Source: Amoebidium appalachense
Taxonomy: Eukaryota; Protista; Ichthyosporea
Direction: 5' to 3'
Length of the DNA: 64,000 bases
Assembly: GCA_963693365.1 (NCBI GenBank)
Contig: CAVNZM010000003.1
Coordinates: forward strand, 14,548,422-14,612,421
A program made the position numbers and the translations under genes. Shown here piece by piece: positions 1 to 17,258 of the stretch. Position 1 is the first letter of the stretch, and every line of letters starts with the position of its first letter. The notes beneath the pieces are model-generated. The model was not told the DNA's origin and searched no databases. It saw only the letters and a program-made list of their open reading frames with translations.

Positions 1-158
1 GAGAGAGAGAGAGAGAGGGGGGGGGGGGGGGGGAGGGGGAGGGGAGGGGGAGGGGGGTCTTAGGGATGCTGCAGAATCGTCAGATATTAGACAAATCGTA
101 CCAATACGATCATTCTCTCATATATGTGAGAAGATTGTGACTAACGATGTGCAGATCT

Positions 159-212
<54 letters not shown>

Positions 213-657
213 ATATGTGGTGCAGAGTGAAGCTAAAGCACAGCTGAACTGAGCATCAAGCAAAAATATAAAACAGAGAGAGGAGTGTTCCTACAGGTGA
301 CCTATGAGGGTCGAGTGTGGTTGGGGGGGAGACGGGGACGGGGGGGGGGGGGGGGGGGGGGAGGGGGATTGCCTGCATCTGAACAAAGGGGAGGTGAGGA
401 GGGGGATGCATGGAAATAAGGGGAGGGTGGCGGGGCCGGGCGAGGGGAGGGGAGGAAGGGAGGGGGATCATGTTGTTCTACCCAACTCGCCCCAGGAGCA
501 AAGCCAAACAACACCACGGAATGTGTGTGGTGTGTGTGCCTGTGTGTGCACGCACGTGCTATTGTGCACGCATGTGCGTGTGTGTGTGTGCACGTGTGCT
601 GCACGTTGAATCCTGGTGCAAGCGTGTTTGGCAGGTGCCCCCCCCCCCCTCCCCCCC

Positions 658-696
<39 letters not shown>

Positions 697-1389
697 CCGC
701 GCGGCCCCCCATTCTTCTCCCTGTGTTGGAGCGTGTGTACTTGTGTATTCGTGCATTTGCATGCATGTGTGCGCCTTGGTGCATTGTGTGTGTGTGTGTG
801 CGTGTCTCTGCATGAGCACGAGCATGTGTGCGTCAGAGTGTGTGTGCGATCTCTGCATGTGTGCTTGCACTTTTTTTTGCACTTTTTTTTCTCTTTTGTG
901 TGTGTGTGGGTGTGGGTGTGGGTGTTTGGGGGGGAGGGAGGGAGGGGGGGGAGGGGGGGGGGGGGGTTGAATGCGGAACACGGTAGGAAGTACGCATACA
1001 CGAAGGACACATGCAAAGGCAAACATTCAAGTATGCAACATCAGCCATGCACACAGTATGCGTCATAAGCAGAGCCCATCCTCAGGGAGGGCCCAAGTCA
1101 TCAATTGCGTCTGAGTTTCGAACCCTTAGCCCGCGTATATACGACTCTCCAACTCAGACAGCAGCATCAACTGAACTTGGGAGGGTCAACCCGTCTTGAT
1201 CAAAGACGAGCAGGGTTGCTTATGCAAGCAAGGTGAGCAAAACGGTGAATATGTGTGTGGAAACTAATGCAGTGCAGCGGAAAATGCGTATGTGCTTACA
1301 GATGCACGACACAGAGCAACCATGCCCGGTTGCATGAAAGTAAAGCGGTCTGGGGGGGACGGGAGCGGGGGGAGTGAGGATAATAATAC

Positions 1390-6036
<4,647 letters not shown>

Positions 6037-6432
6037 CTTGGCTGGTAATTTGCATAGCAACAAGAACGAAGCTATGAAACCATTGTCAAGGAGGATCACA
6101 GCACTAGCATGAAGATGCCCTTGTACACCAAGTCGAAGAGACTTGTATGAACATACATCTAAACTACACGACGACTCGTTATAGGAATTACCCCGATGAT
6201 TTTTACTAAGAGAAAAAATGACTTGTTTCTAAGCACACAGAAACATTCGAATTCCTGCGTCATGAAGCGTGTGTCCTCTGGAAACTGTGGCACAATCTTG
6301 TGCGTGGGCTTAGCCAATCAAAATGGACGCTCTAACAGGGGTTGTGGGGTTTTGGCTGCGCCACCCGTTTTACCTCAAACTCAATCGTATTTTCGTCTCA
6401 TTTACGATTCGTATAGACCCCTTTTGTTATTG

Positions 6433-6628
6433 AACTTCACTTTCACTTCGATCTCTTAGCTGTCACGTCAACTTTTTTCCCCGATTCTTCACCATGGCAG
6501 GTATATAAAGGCTTTCGTTTCTTCTTCTTGTGGACTTCACTTTCACTTCGATCTCTTAGCTGTCACGTCAACTTTTTTTCCCGATTCTTCACCATGGCAG
6601 GTATTTAAAGGCTTTCGTTTCTTCTTTT
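6433..6628. repeat. Tandem duplication of ~102 bp
   Basis: ACTTCACTTTCACTTCGATCTCTTAGCTGTCACGTCAAC...GGCTTTCGTTTCTTCTT occurs twice, nearly identical. Confidence 0.9.
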
Positions 6629-7840
6629 TGTGGTGGGAGGGAGTCCCACTCAGGGAAACGTGACTGCAGCGTGTGTGTGGTGTGGCCTGGTGTATTCCTA
6701 CTGCTGTGAGAGTGTGGGGGCATCTCCCTTTCGCGGAGTTTCTCGCTTGAGAAGTGGTTTCTTCAACGCCTGGTGGTCCACTGCAACCTATGGTAACTTC
6801 TACACGCAGTCTACGCTTCTACACGACCTATTGGCGGTGGGCTGCTGCAACTTCTTCAGCTACTTCTGCGCTGCGTGAGTGGAGGGGCGGCTATTTGGTC
6901 GTCGGGGAGCTTTCCAAGTGACTGCCAGTCCTTAGGATCCAGTCGTATGGCAATGACCGGGTTTGCTTGCATGCATTCTGTGATTGTGTTTTTCTGTGTG
7001 TCCTGCCACAACTAGGCCACCTTATCAGAGAGCTAGATGCAGTTTCTCCGGGTAATCTAGGGGTAGGGCCCGTTGGGATTGTTTTTTAGCTCAGATTTGG
7101 TCTGCATTGCTCTTTTAGAGGCTGACTTGCTTGCTGTTCCCCGATAGGTTTTGAGGGGGGCCTGTTGGGAAGGAGCAGTAATGATGTCTTCTTGCGGAGT
7201 GTGGTCTGGTCAACATCGGTCGTATGCATCGAACTAGTTTCATGCATACACGTACACTTAAGGTTTTGCCCGCTGGTGTCCTTTGTCACTTGTCGCTTTA
7301 TTTTTATTTCGTAGCTTTGGCTTTTTCAGTTCTATTGGTGGTTATGTAGCCTGTGGCTGCACGTTGCCTTCATCAACGGATCAATAAACCCGAGTCAAAA
7401 GAGGGGGAAAAAAAAAAAAATCAGACAATTTTACACTCCTTTAGCGATTACACACCTCAATAGACAAAACAGGGCTTCATATTCCGCCGTTGAGTGCCAA
7501 AATAGCCACCTGACCACCTCTTACCTTGGAAAACACTCATTTTTATAAAAACACACCAAAATAAACTACGGTGACCTAACTTAGTGCTACGAAAAACCAA
7601 TACAGCACCTCACAGCGTTACTCGTTTTGACCCCCTGGGCTTAATCGTAAATACGACGATTTTGAGTCGTAATTCAATCCCTGCGCTCTAATCTTCGATC
7701 TGCATTGTGATTGGACAGTTTTTCGCGCCGACAGATTTATAGCGCAATAGCTTTATTTGGCTAGTGACTTGCTTATTTAGGTAGACTTTTCCCTCGGAAT
7801 TTTTTCTTTTCCGATGTGACTCTGTGATGTGACTGGGCAT

Positions 7841-8420
7841 CAGGGATGTGTCGGGTTGGGTCGACCCGAGAACTAACCCGGCCGGGTCCGCGTTACCCAA
7901 CCCCGACCCGGGGCATTTTTGCTCAAACCCGGTCGGCTTTATGACCCGGCGGGTCAGACCCGTACCCAGCCCGACCGATGGCTCTGACCCGGTCGGGTAA
8001 AACATGATATATTTACCATAACAAGTAGTAAATTTGGATTGATAATTGCTTTTCAGGGATTGCACAGTGAACCAATAACAATACAGTATTTTATTCATGT
8101 CCATATATGGTAGTATAAACATTGCCGAGGCATACTATTAGCTACAGTAGTAGAGTACTGAGGCTAGGCTAGCGCTTTTATATAAAAAGAAAAAGAAAAA
8201 GAAAAGAAAAAAGAGAGAGACAATCGTAACTGCTGTGCACGTTACGTTGTGTTTGCTTTAGTCACCACAACCAAGCTCTATATAATCAAGTAAGCCGCAA
8301 GCACACGAGCACTGTCTGTTCACATGTAGACACCATGCGTGGAAAAGCCACACACACACCGCGAGCACATGTGCACACACAGCACGCACGCACGCAAGCA
8401 TATCACACACAGACACACGT

Positions 8421-8458
<38 letters not shown>

Positions 8459-8664
8459 ATACATGTACACACGTATATGGCCAGTCCGGGCGAACACCCG
8501 AGGTTTTCGCATTTGGTAACCCGCGGGTCAACCCGATCACAAGGGTCCAAGACCCGAGAATCAATCCGGTCCGGACCGAAAAAAAGACGACCCGGCCCGA
8601 GATCCACCCGGCCTTTGCGTAAACCCGCCCGAGACCCACCCGGCCAGTGACCGACACATCCCTG
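7841..8664. mobile_element. Non-autonomous hAT-like DNA transposon (MITE)
   Basis: Perfect 14-bp TIR CAGGGATGTGTCGG (7841-7854) / CCGACACATCCCTG (8651-8664); dense subterminal ACCCG/CGGGT motifs at both ends; imperfect 8-bp TSD CTGGGCAT / CTGGGTTT; no transposase. Confidence 0.75.
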
Positions 8665-8921
8665 CTGGGTTTGCACACGTGTACTCTGAACTTGAAGAAC
8701 ACGAAACCAACCACTCACCATTAAAGATAACGGCAGCCGAATGCGGGGCTCCCGTCTGCGAAACAGGGGCGGATGCCATGCCCATCCTTCATGTGGCCCA
8801 GTCTATTACATGTCAGTTCGGCGTCTACACGGGCCCAGCTCCGCAAGTTCAAAATTCGAGTTGCGAAGAATGGTTTCGGGCCTGCCGCGCCTCTGTCAGG
8901 CCCGAAATCAAGCGTCCTTAA

Positions 8922-9012
8922 CCTCGGGGCTTCACCTCGACCTCGTTTCGGGCCTCGTGTCCGAGTTATTGGCTGAGGCGTAGCGAAGCGAGGTCGAGGT
9001 GAAGCCCCGAGG
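8922..9012. repeat. Inverted repeat, ~29-bp arms
   Basis: CCTCGGGGCTTCACCTCGACCTCGTTTCG ... CGAAGCGAGGTCGAGGTGAAGCCCCGAGG, 1 mismatch. Confidence 0.9.
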
Positions 9013-9385
9013 GCAAGGGGTCGCGGTTTGTACGCGAGAACTCGCTTAACCTGTATTTTTTTTTTTTTGGTGTCTATAATGGGGTTTATACACTTTTATT
9101 TGCTTGGTAGAGGGCCCAGCGTCGCCATGTCTGACCTGCTGCGTTTTCTAGCTCAGTCCTACTGGCTAAGCGGGCTACAAAGAAAAAGTACGACCCCAAG
9201 GTAATGCGTGACTACCAATATCGATAGAAAACGTACTTATGTGTACTACGTAGTGAGGCTCATGCACTGGTCCGCTTCAGGACTAACGGTTTCTGCAGAA
9301 TAACTCTGGTCGGAGCAAGCTGACTCAGCCGATGTGGTTGGGCCCACCCAACGCCCAGATCTACCCACCCTGAGTTCTGTCACGC

Positions 9386-9622
9386 TTTTTTTTATTTTTT
9401 TTATCCCGTTTCACTCCCGGAGGCACTGCCTAAGGGGAGATAACGCCTTCCACAGTAGACGCCGAATGTGCTCTCTACATAGTGCAACTTTAAGTCAGGA
9501 TACGTAATCCCGACTGTCACTACATATTCTGGCAATTCTTTGCCCACGGGGTTGCCGCAGTCATGCTAGTGGGGATTGAGCAAACTCACATCAACCAACA
9601 CCTAGCCAGGAGTGACCCGGGG
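9386..9622 (-). mobile_element. Retroposon 3' tail homologous to the SINE tail at 32760-33006
   Basis: Reverse complement reads CCCGGGTCACTCCTGGCT...CCCCACTAGC...AGGCAGTGCCTC-CGGGAGTGAAACGGGAT plus an A-rich tail, colinear with 32762-33006. No TSD found. Confidence 0.7.
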
Positions 9623-9772
9623 TAAAAATAAAAGGATATAAGCAAGAAAAAGTGTCTCAGCGAAAGTTAAAAACAATACAAGAAGGCAAGACAGTGTGTT
9701 CGTGCTGCGCTGCATGGTGGGAAAGAAGAAAGAAGAGCAGTATGTTTGTGCTGTTCGGCAGGGTAGAGGACA

Positions 9773-10180
9773 CAAGAGCAGGGTGTTGGTGCTGCTCGGC
9801 ATGGTGGAAAACTAGAGCAGGGTCTAGGTGCTGCTCGGCATGGTGGAAAACTAGAGCAGGGTGTTGGCAGGGTGTTGGTGCTGCTCGGCATGGTGGAAAA
9901 CTAGAGCAGGGTGTTGGTGCTGCTCGGCATGGTAGAAAACTAGAGCAGGGTGTTGGTGCTGCTCGGCATGGTAGAAACTAGAGCAGGGTGTTGGTGCTGC
10001 TCGGCATGGTAGAGGACACTAGAGCAGGGTGTTGGTGCTGCTCGGCATGGTAGAAAACTAAAGCAGGGTGTTGGTGCTGCTCGGCAGGGTAGAAAACTAG
10101 AGCAGGGTGTTGCAGTGCTGCTCGGCATGGTAGAAAACTAGAGCAGCCTGAGGGTGTTGGTGCTGCTCGGCATGGTGGAA
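9773..10180. repeat. 39-bp minisatellite, about 10 copies
   Basis: Unit CTAGAGCAGGGTGTTGGTGCTGCTCGGCATGGTAGAAAA directly repeated without spacers. Confidence 0.92.
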
Positions 10181-10437
10181 GAAGGCAGCATGAAGTTCGT
10201 GCGGCCCATTATTGTTGTTATGTTTTTCTAGAGTTTTTGACGTTATGGTAAGTTTCGTTTTTCCTGGAAAAAGTGCCCATGTCGCAACAGCTCAAAAACC
10301 GCCATGTTGCCAGCGTTTGGCTCTATGCGGAGATGTGCATGCCGCCCCTTGTGCGTAAATGTGGTGGAGTGTGGATGCAGCGACGCACGGCCGTTTGAAA
10401 CACGTGTCGTGTTTTGTGCCTGGTCGCGATGGCCATG

Positions 10438-11187
10438 TGTTCAAGTTGTTTTGTGTGGGTAAACGGGGAAGCAGAGTGCACAGATGGGTGTTATGTTATA
10501 CACAACACAGAGACACACGGGAGAAACACAACCGGAGAGGTGGAACGATAACTGGGACCATAGGAAATGATTCGACTGCTTGATATTTATTCCAAGATGA
10601 AGTCCCTTTTATACTTGGGAATGTGAAAACGATAAACCAATCAAAAGAACGAAAACTCTATTTTCCAATCAAAAAGACGAAAACTATGAGTGTAAAATAT
10701 ATCGATCGAAATGTCTGTCGACACATAGAATATAAAACTCAATCCTCTAATGAAAGAAACTTCTAATAAAAGCACGGAAACATTTAACAAAATGAAACCA
10801 CTTATGTAACTATTAGTTCACAACATACATTTATACATGTTCTTATCATAACACGTCTAAATATAATTATTCCTAATAGTTGGAGAACATAGCACAATGC
10901 TACGTCGTGAGAAAGGAATGAGAAAGGAATGTAAGTTACTATATTTGGGAAAATACAAACGAGATCTGATTGGATGACATATATAGATTTTGACACAAAC
11001 GACAATACGCGTGCGCGAGCTAAGTATGTCGATACGTACACAGATCTAAGATATCGGTGTACACGGAAACAGAAAGGAAAGAAAGAAAGAAAGAAAGAAA
11101 GGGGAAAAGGAAACAAACTACAACAAACTAATAAACAAATACAAAACTCAACTTCTAAGTCTTGCTATGAATCATGGGAAGATGACA
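10438..11187 (-). repeat. Copia 3' LTR (750 bp)
   Basis: Matches 16320-17063 apart from a few substitutions and a 6-bp insertion near the terminus. Confidence 0.95.
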
Positions 11188-11846
11188 TCCCCACTCAAGG
11201 GTTGGAAGTTGGGTTCTCGTGAAGTTTGTTGATGTGACTGTTGATGTCAATACTCTCACACATGTAGAAGCAGGTACCGTGAAGTCACAGTCAAGTTTCC
11301 CCACTCGAGAAGACAATGGAGAAGACTTGAAGGAGCAAACCGGGGAAGAAAACCAAAACGGAAGAAGCACACAACGACGGTTGCCTCTGAAGACTCGGAA
11401 CATGACGGTAGCCAACGACGATATATAAATATATATAGAAGAAAACAACTAGTGTATGTGTGACGTGTTGGTGGCTAATGATTTATACTGGGGACCACCC
11501 AGATAAACACAAGGCATGAACATCTTGTGGACTGATTTATAGACTGGTGGTCAACCAGTTAAGACACGGGGAATGAGCATCCCGAGGACTAGGTTTAGAC
11601 TGGCAGTCAACCAGCACGCATTGGCTATAGATAATTATTTATACTTGGACGCCATCCCAGTTCGACAGATATATAAGTCGAATATAAAAGAAAACCAATA
11701 TATATGATGGTATATAAATAAACGACGGATGGTGGAGAAGAAATCCCCACTGAAGATGCACACACTGAAGATCGATGAAGACAGCAGTAGATTTTCGTTG
11801 GGAGGTGTCTCTACACGGTGATGTGTAGACCACTGTAGATTAAGGA

Positions 11847-11877
<31 letters not shown>

Positions 11878-11878
11878 C

Positions 11879-14800
11879 TCAGTCACGAAGACTGAGTGAA
11901 GCACGGTGCTGCTCGTGGGAGGGCCCGGGTAGGGGCTTGGTGAAGATGTCAGCCACGTTGTCTTTGGTGGACACGTAGGTGACGACCACATCCCCACTCT
12001 TGATGTAGTCCTTCGTGTTGTGGTACCGGACAGCAATGTGTTTGGTCCGGTGCTTGATGCTGTTGGTGTGCAGGAGGGCAATGGTGGACTGGTTGTCACA
12101 GTAGACGGGGGTGGGGTCGGTCATCGGGTAGCCGAGTTCACGGAGGAGATCACGGTGCCAGATGACGTTTTGAACAGCAGCATTGATGGCCAGAAGCTCA
12201 GCCTCGGTGGTGGATGTTGCCGTGATGGACTGCAGCTTCGAATACCATGTGATGGGGATGCCCTTGAAGAAGATGACGTATCCGGTGGTTGAACGACGGG
12301 TGTTGGGGCAGTTGGCAAAGTCGGCATCAGAATAACACTCCAGCAAGGGTGTGCTGTCGTCGGGTGCAGACTTGTCGTAGTGAAGGCCGAGGTTGGATGT
12401 GCCGATGAGGTACCGAACTACACGGAGCAGACATTCCCATGCAAGTTTGGTGGGGTTGGCACTGAATCTACCGAGGTAGCCGATGGCAAAGGAGATGTCG
12501 GGCCGGGAACAACGAGCAACCCACAAAAGACGGCCGAGTAGTTCACGGTAGGGAACCTTGATGGGTGGTGAGTCGTTCTTGTTGATGGTGATGACGGTGC
12601 CGACGGGAATGGGAGTAGCCTTGGGGTGGGCATCGTTGAGGTTGAAGTCTCTGACGATGTCGTTGATGTAGGACTGTTGAAGCAGCTTGAGGTGACCGGG
12701 GGTGTGGATGAGCTGGGTGCCGAGGAAGATGTCGGGGAGGTCGACCTTGCAGAGAGCTGACTTCATGATGTGGTCTACTAGATCCTTGGTGTGGGAAGAG
12801 TTGGCCGTGCAGATGATGATGACGTCGTCCACATAGTTGCCAGTGAGGATGATGTCACCGTTGGGGAAGGTCTTGATGTAGACACATGGATCTGAACGGA
12901 GACGTTCGAGACCGTGAGCAAGGAGAACCTTGTCGAAGTAACTCATACCAGGCCAGTGATGCTTGCTTGAGGCCGTAGAGTGCCTTCTTGAGTTTCCAGA
13001 CCTTGTGCTCGTTGCCGGGGGTGATGAAGCCAGGTGGTGGCTCAATGTAGATGTCTTCTTGAAGAGGACTGTTGAGGAAGGCCGTTGAGACGTCGAGTTG
13101 ATGAATCTCATGGTTGCCGTCCACACCGATGGCAAGGAGAGCACGGACGGAGGAGGACATCACTACGGGGGAAGAGGTGTCACCGTAGTCAACACCGTAG
13201 ACTTGAGTGAAGCCCTTTGCAACACCACGAGCCTTGATCTTGGTGTCACCGGCTGAGTTGAGGACTTTCTCAGTCACAATCCACTTGAACTTGATGATGT
13301 TGGCATCAGGGGGGGGATCAACGACGGTGAAGACATCCTTGGTGATGAAGGCTTGGTACTTGGAGGTGAGGGCAGCTATGACGGCATCACCGTTGGGACC
13401 GTTGCAAAGCTTTTGAATGCCCTTGGGGAGTTGGTCAATGTTGATGGTCGGTGCTGTGATGCTGACCAGTGCCGTTTGAGGCTTGGTGAGACGTGCAGAC
13501 CGACGAAGGTTGGGCTTGAGGGGGTCCTTGAGGGGGGTGGAGGCCGGGGAGGTGTTGTAGGCCGGGACAGGGGCATGGAAGCCAGGAATAGGACCGGTGG
13601 TGAGGGGGGCATCGGTGTCCACAGGGCTGCTCGAGGCCGAGTGGAAGGTGGGGGACCCAGGACGAACCGGAGTCATGTAGGCGGGTTGATGCACAGCAAC
13701 GGGGGGGGCCGGGAGCAAGGGTTGTTGGCCAGTGGGGGGGGGGCTCGGGGGAGGCACGGGTTCAACCGGGGCTGGTTGGTTGTGCCAGGACGGTTGGGAG
13801 ATGACCACAGACGGAGTTTCATCGTCGTCGTCGGAGGGGGGGTCCAATGTCGGCAGATCGGGTTTGGGGGGATCGGGGACGTGATTGGTGCTGCTCGTGA
13901 ATTTTGACTCGTCGAAGATCACATCACGGCAGATCTTGACTTGGTTGCTGGCACGGTCGAGGATCTTGTGTGCTTTGGAGGGCAGATCCCAGCCGACGTA
14001 GGTGCCGACTCTGACGGTTGATGCAAGCTTGTTCCTCTTGGATCGGGGAACATGCACATAGGCAGGGGAGCCGAACACGTGGAGCTGGGAGACGTCGGGT
14101 TTGAAGCCGTGGAAGGCCTCGAAGGGGGTGTTGCCGTTGGCAGCAGATGATGGTGTGACGTTGATGATGTAGCCAGCATGCTTGAGAGCAGCAACCCACA
14201 ACTTGGGAGAGAGAGGTTGGTCCTTGTCGGCATGGAGGAAGCAACGGACTGTCTCTTGAAGTTCTCTCATCTTCCGTTCAACAACACCGTTGTGCTGTGG
14301 TGTGTCGACGGGGGCAAACTCCATGATGATGCCTTTCTGCTTGCAGTAGGCCTCGGTGTCCTTGGAGGTGAACTCAGAGCCGGAGTCAAACCGAAGATGG
14401 GTGACGATCTCAGGTGTCTGACGTTCGATGGTTTCAACGAGAGACTGAATGTAGCTGAGGGTTTCACCACGGTTGTAGAGGGGGAACACGGTTGTGTAAC
14501 CGGTGGCATCACAAACACACACCAGAGCAACCTTGTAGCCTCCGTAGGAAGCACAGGGAGCTTCGAAGAAGTCCAGGTGCCACTTAGCACCGGGGATGGT
14601 GAACCGGGAACGGGTGCCGGGAAATGGAGCCTTGGTGGTCTTGCCAGACATGCAGCCGAAGCAGTCACTGTTGTCGGGTGACTTGAGGGAGGGGGGCATG
14701 CCGATGACAAGCTCATCCTTGGCCATCCTGGTGACGGTGGAGAGGGCACGGTGGCCGAGACGGTTGTGCCAAAGGGTGAGGTCGTCGGTTGGTTGAGTCC

Positions 14801-16244
14801 TTGCTGTGTAGGCCTGGACCCACGGGTGTTGAGGAGTGTCAATCACATAGTCAGTGATGTAGTAGAGACCGTTGAGGGGAGTGAGGTCGGTAATGATGTC
14901 ACCATTACGGCTGTAGAGGAACGACGGGTGAGTGTCTGCATCGTCACAATGACCAAGGAGGCCGGCAGTTGAGGCCATGGAGGCAGACACGAGGAAGGAT
15001 GGTGACTCGGGTACGTAGAGAGCATTGATGCTGCACGGGGTAGAGTGGCCGTTGTAGTGCAGTGTCAGGTTGATGATGCCACGGTGTGTGGCATTGACGG
15101 TGCCAAGGCCGTGAATGGGGGTGGGGGGACACGGGGTAAGGGAGGAGAAATACTCCTTGATGGGGCAGATGTGTGCATTACAAGCACTGTCCCAGACGGG
15201 GTCGTCACGGTCGGGTGTGCCGGTGGAGGAGATGAGTGCAAATTGCACACTCTTGTTGCCTTTCTCCTGCTTGGCACGACGAGCAACAGCACAGCCAGGC
15301 TCCGGGCATGCTGTGATGTGGTGGGGCTCATGGCAGTAGGAACACTCCACCTTCTTGGTGTTGTGCTGTCGGTTACGGTTGTCCCTGTTACCACGGTGGT
15401 AAGGGGAAGTTGAACGGGGGCCGGGTGACTTTGAGGACGGACGAGGATCACGGGAACGGGACGGGGAACGGTGAGGTGTATGCTCACGTCGAGGTATACG
15501 GTTACGGAGGTCACCGGGGGGAAGCACTCTGCTCTGGAGTGCTCGAAGAGGACGGTTGTTGACGGTTGCACCAGTGCCTGCGTCGATGAGGCCGGCACGG
15601 ATTTCAGCTCCTCGGATGTCACTGATGAGCTGGTTGAAGGACGGGTAGGCCTTGTTGTTCATCCAGTAGTCGGAGCAGAGACGTTCAATGTCGGAGCAGA
15701 CCAGGGTTGTGTTCTTCCGGAGGTGAAGGAAGAACTTACGTACGACATCCTTGTGCTGGACGGGCTCGTCGAGGCAGGCAAGTGTCGTAGCCAGACGTTG
15801 GAGACGAGTGAGGTATGCTGTGACGTTGGGGTAGTCTCGTAGTTCAAGCTCCTCGAAGGTGACTTGAATCTGGGTGACTCGGGCCTCCTTCTCTGCTACA
15901 TACGCCATACGCAGGTTGTGGAAGACTTCTCCACCGTGGACACCGTCTTGCATCCGGCCGGAGTCGTAGAGCTCGGTCGGATGGACGGACTGGTTGAGGA
16001 TCTGGTCGAGGACGTCGGAAGCTTTCTTGTAGGAGTCCTTGGTGGCGTAGCCTAGCCACTGGTTGGCCTCAGTGCCGTCAACCCACTGTGGCCTCTTGAT
16101 AGCGTCAACGAATTTCTCGGCAATGGTTGTTCTTATGAACCGGTGGATGAGTGGCTCCCACTCGAAATAATTGAGACGTTTCTCGTCTCTTTTCTCGGAC
16201 GGATTCCATATTGGAAGGTTGATATATGACGGTTTGTCAGTCAT
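11879..16244 (-). CDS. Copia gag-pol polyprotein with one frameshift near 12941
   Basis: CCHC knuckle CSYCHEPHHITAC, protease WDSAC, GAG-pre-integrase LWHNRLGH, integrase HLD / FDSGSEF / NGVVER, RT KARGVAKGF, LKKALYGLKQA, YVDD, RNase H YSDADFA, TKHIAVRYH, ADIFTKPL. One extra base in WYE|YFDK splits the ORF. Confidence 0.95.
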
Positions 16245-16319
16245 GATTGAAGCAGTAAGACTGAGGAATTTCGCGGTTGTAACGAGATTGTGTGTTAGCG
16301 TGCAAAGGGGCCGTAAACC

Positions 16320-17063
16320 TGTTGTTTTGTGTGGGTAAACAGGGAAACAGAGTGCACAGATGGGTGTTATGTTATACACAACACAGAGACACACGGGAGA
16401 AACACAACCGGAGAGGTGGAACGATAACTGGGACCATAGGAAATGATTTGACTGCTTGATATTTATTCCAAGATGAAGTCCCTTTTATACTTGGGAATGT
16501 GAAAACGATAAACCAATCAAAAGAACGAAAACTCTATTTTCCAATCAAAAAGACGAAAACTATGAGTGTAAAATATATCGATCGAAATGTCTGTCGACAC
16601 ATAGAATATAAAACTCAATCCTCTAATGAAAGAAACTTCTAATAAAAGCACGGAAACATTTAACAAAATGAAACCACTTATGTAACTATTAGTTCACAAC
16701 ATACATTTATACATGTTCTTATCATAACACGTCTAAATATAATTATTCCTAATAGTTGGAGAACATAGCACAATGCTACGTCGTGAGAAAGGAATGAGAA
16801 AGGAATGTAAGTTACTATATTTGGGAAAATACAAACGAGATCTGATTGGATGACATATATAGATTTTGACACAAACGACAATACGCGTGCGCGAGCTAAG
16901 TATGTCGATACGTACACAGATCTAAGATATCGGTGTACACGGAAACAGAAAGGAAAGAAAGAAAGAAAGAAAGAAAGGGGAAAAGGAAACAAACTACAAC
17001 AAACTAATAAACAAATACAAAACTCAACTTCTAAGTCTTGCTATGAATCATGGGAAGATGACA
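16320..17063 (-). repeat. Copia 5' LTR (744 bp)
   Basis: TGTTGTTTTG...GATGACA; followed in element sense by GGTTTACGGCCCC at the PBS position. Confidence 0.95.
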
Positions 17064-17258
17064 CCATGTGCGTTGTTAAAATTAAGAGAATAGGAATGTG
17101 CAAAATGCGAATCTTGATTGGTTGCATTTTATCTGATGAGCCCGGAGTGGCGATCTTATTGGATAATTAACTGCTATTCTTAAGGAATCATACTGCTTAT
17201 TCACCGATCACATATGGTTTTGATGTGATCGGGAGCCCGACATGCCATTGGCGCGACT

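Larger units (their letters stand above)
10438..17063 (-). mobile_element. Full-length Ty1/copia LTR retrotransposon
   Basis: Near-identical TG..CA LTRs (16320-17063, 10438-11187); 5-bp TSD CCATG (10433-10437, 17064-17068); PPT TTGAGTGGGGA next to the 3' LTR; domain order gag-PR-IN-RT-RH. Confidence 0.97.

Noticed and set aside
9773-10180. 39-bp repeats as a CRISPR array
   Set aside because: Head-to-tail units with no unique spacers, no cas genes, eukaryotic context.
10802-11222. ORFs repeated at 10802-11222, 16678-17170 and 34484-34678
   Set aside because: They lie within LTR copies; the repetition reflects LTR identity and there is no protein signature.
12930-12950. Programmed frameshift in copia RT
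   Set aside because: Lies mid-RT with no slippery motif; a 1-bp insertion or sequencing error is simpler.
17130-17170. CTGATGAG-CC...GGC-GAT as a hammerhead ribozyme
   Set aside because: The required GAAA is GATC, and no stem III with an NUH cleavage site can be formed.
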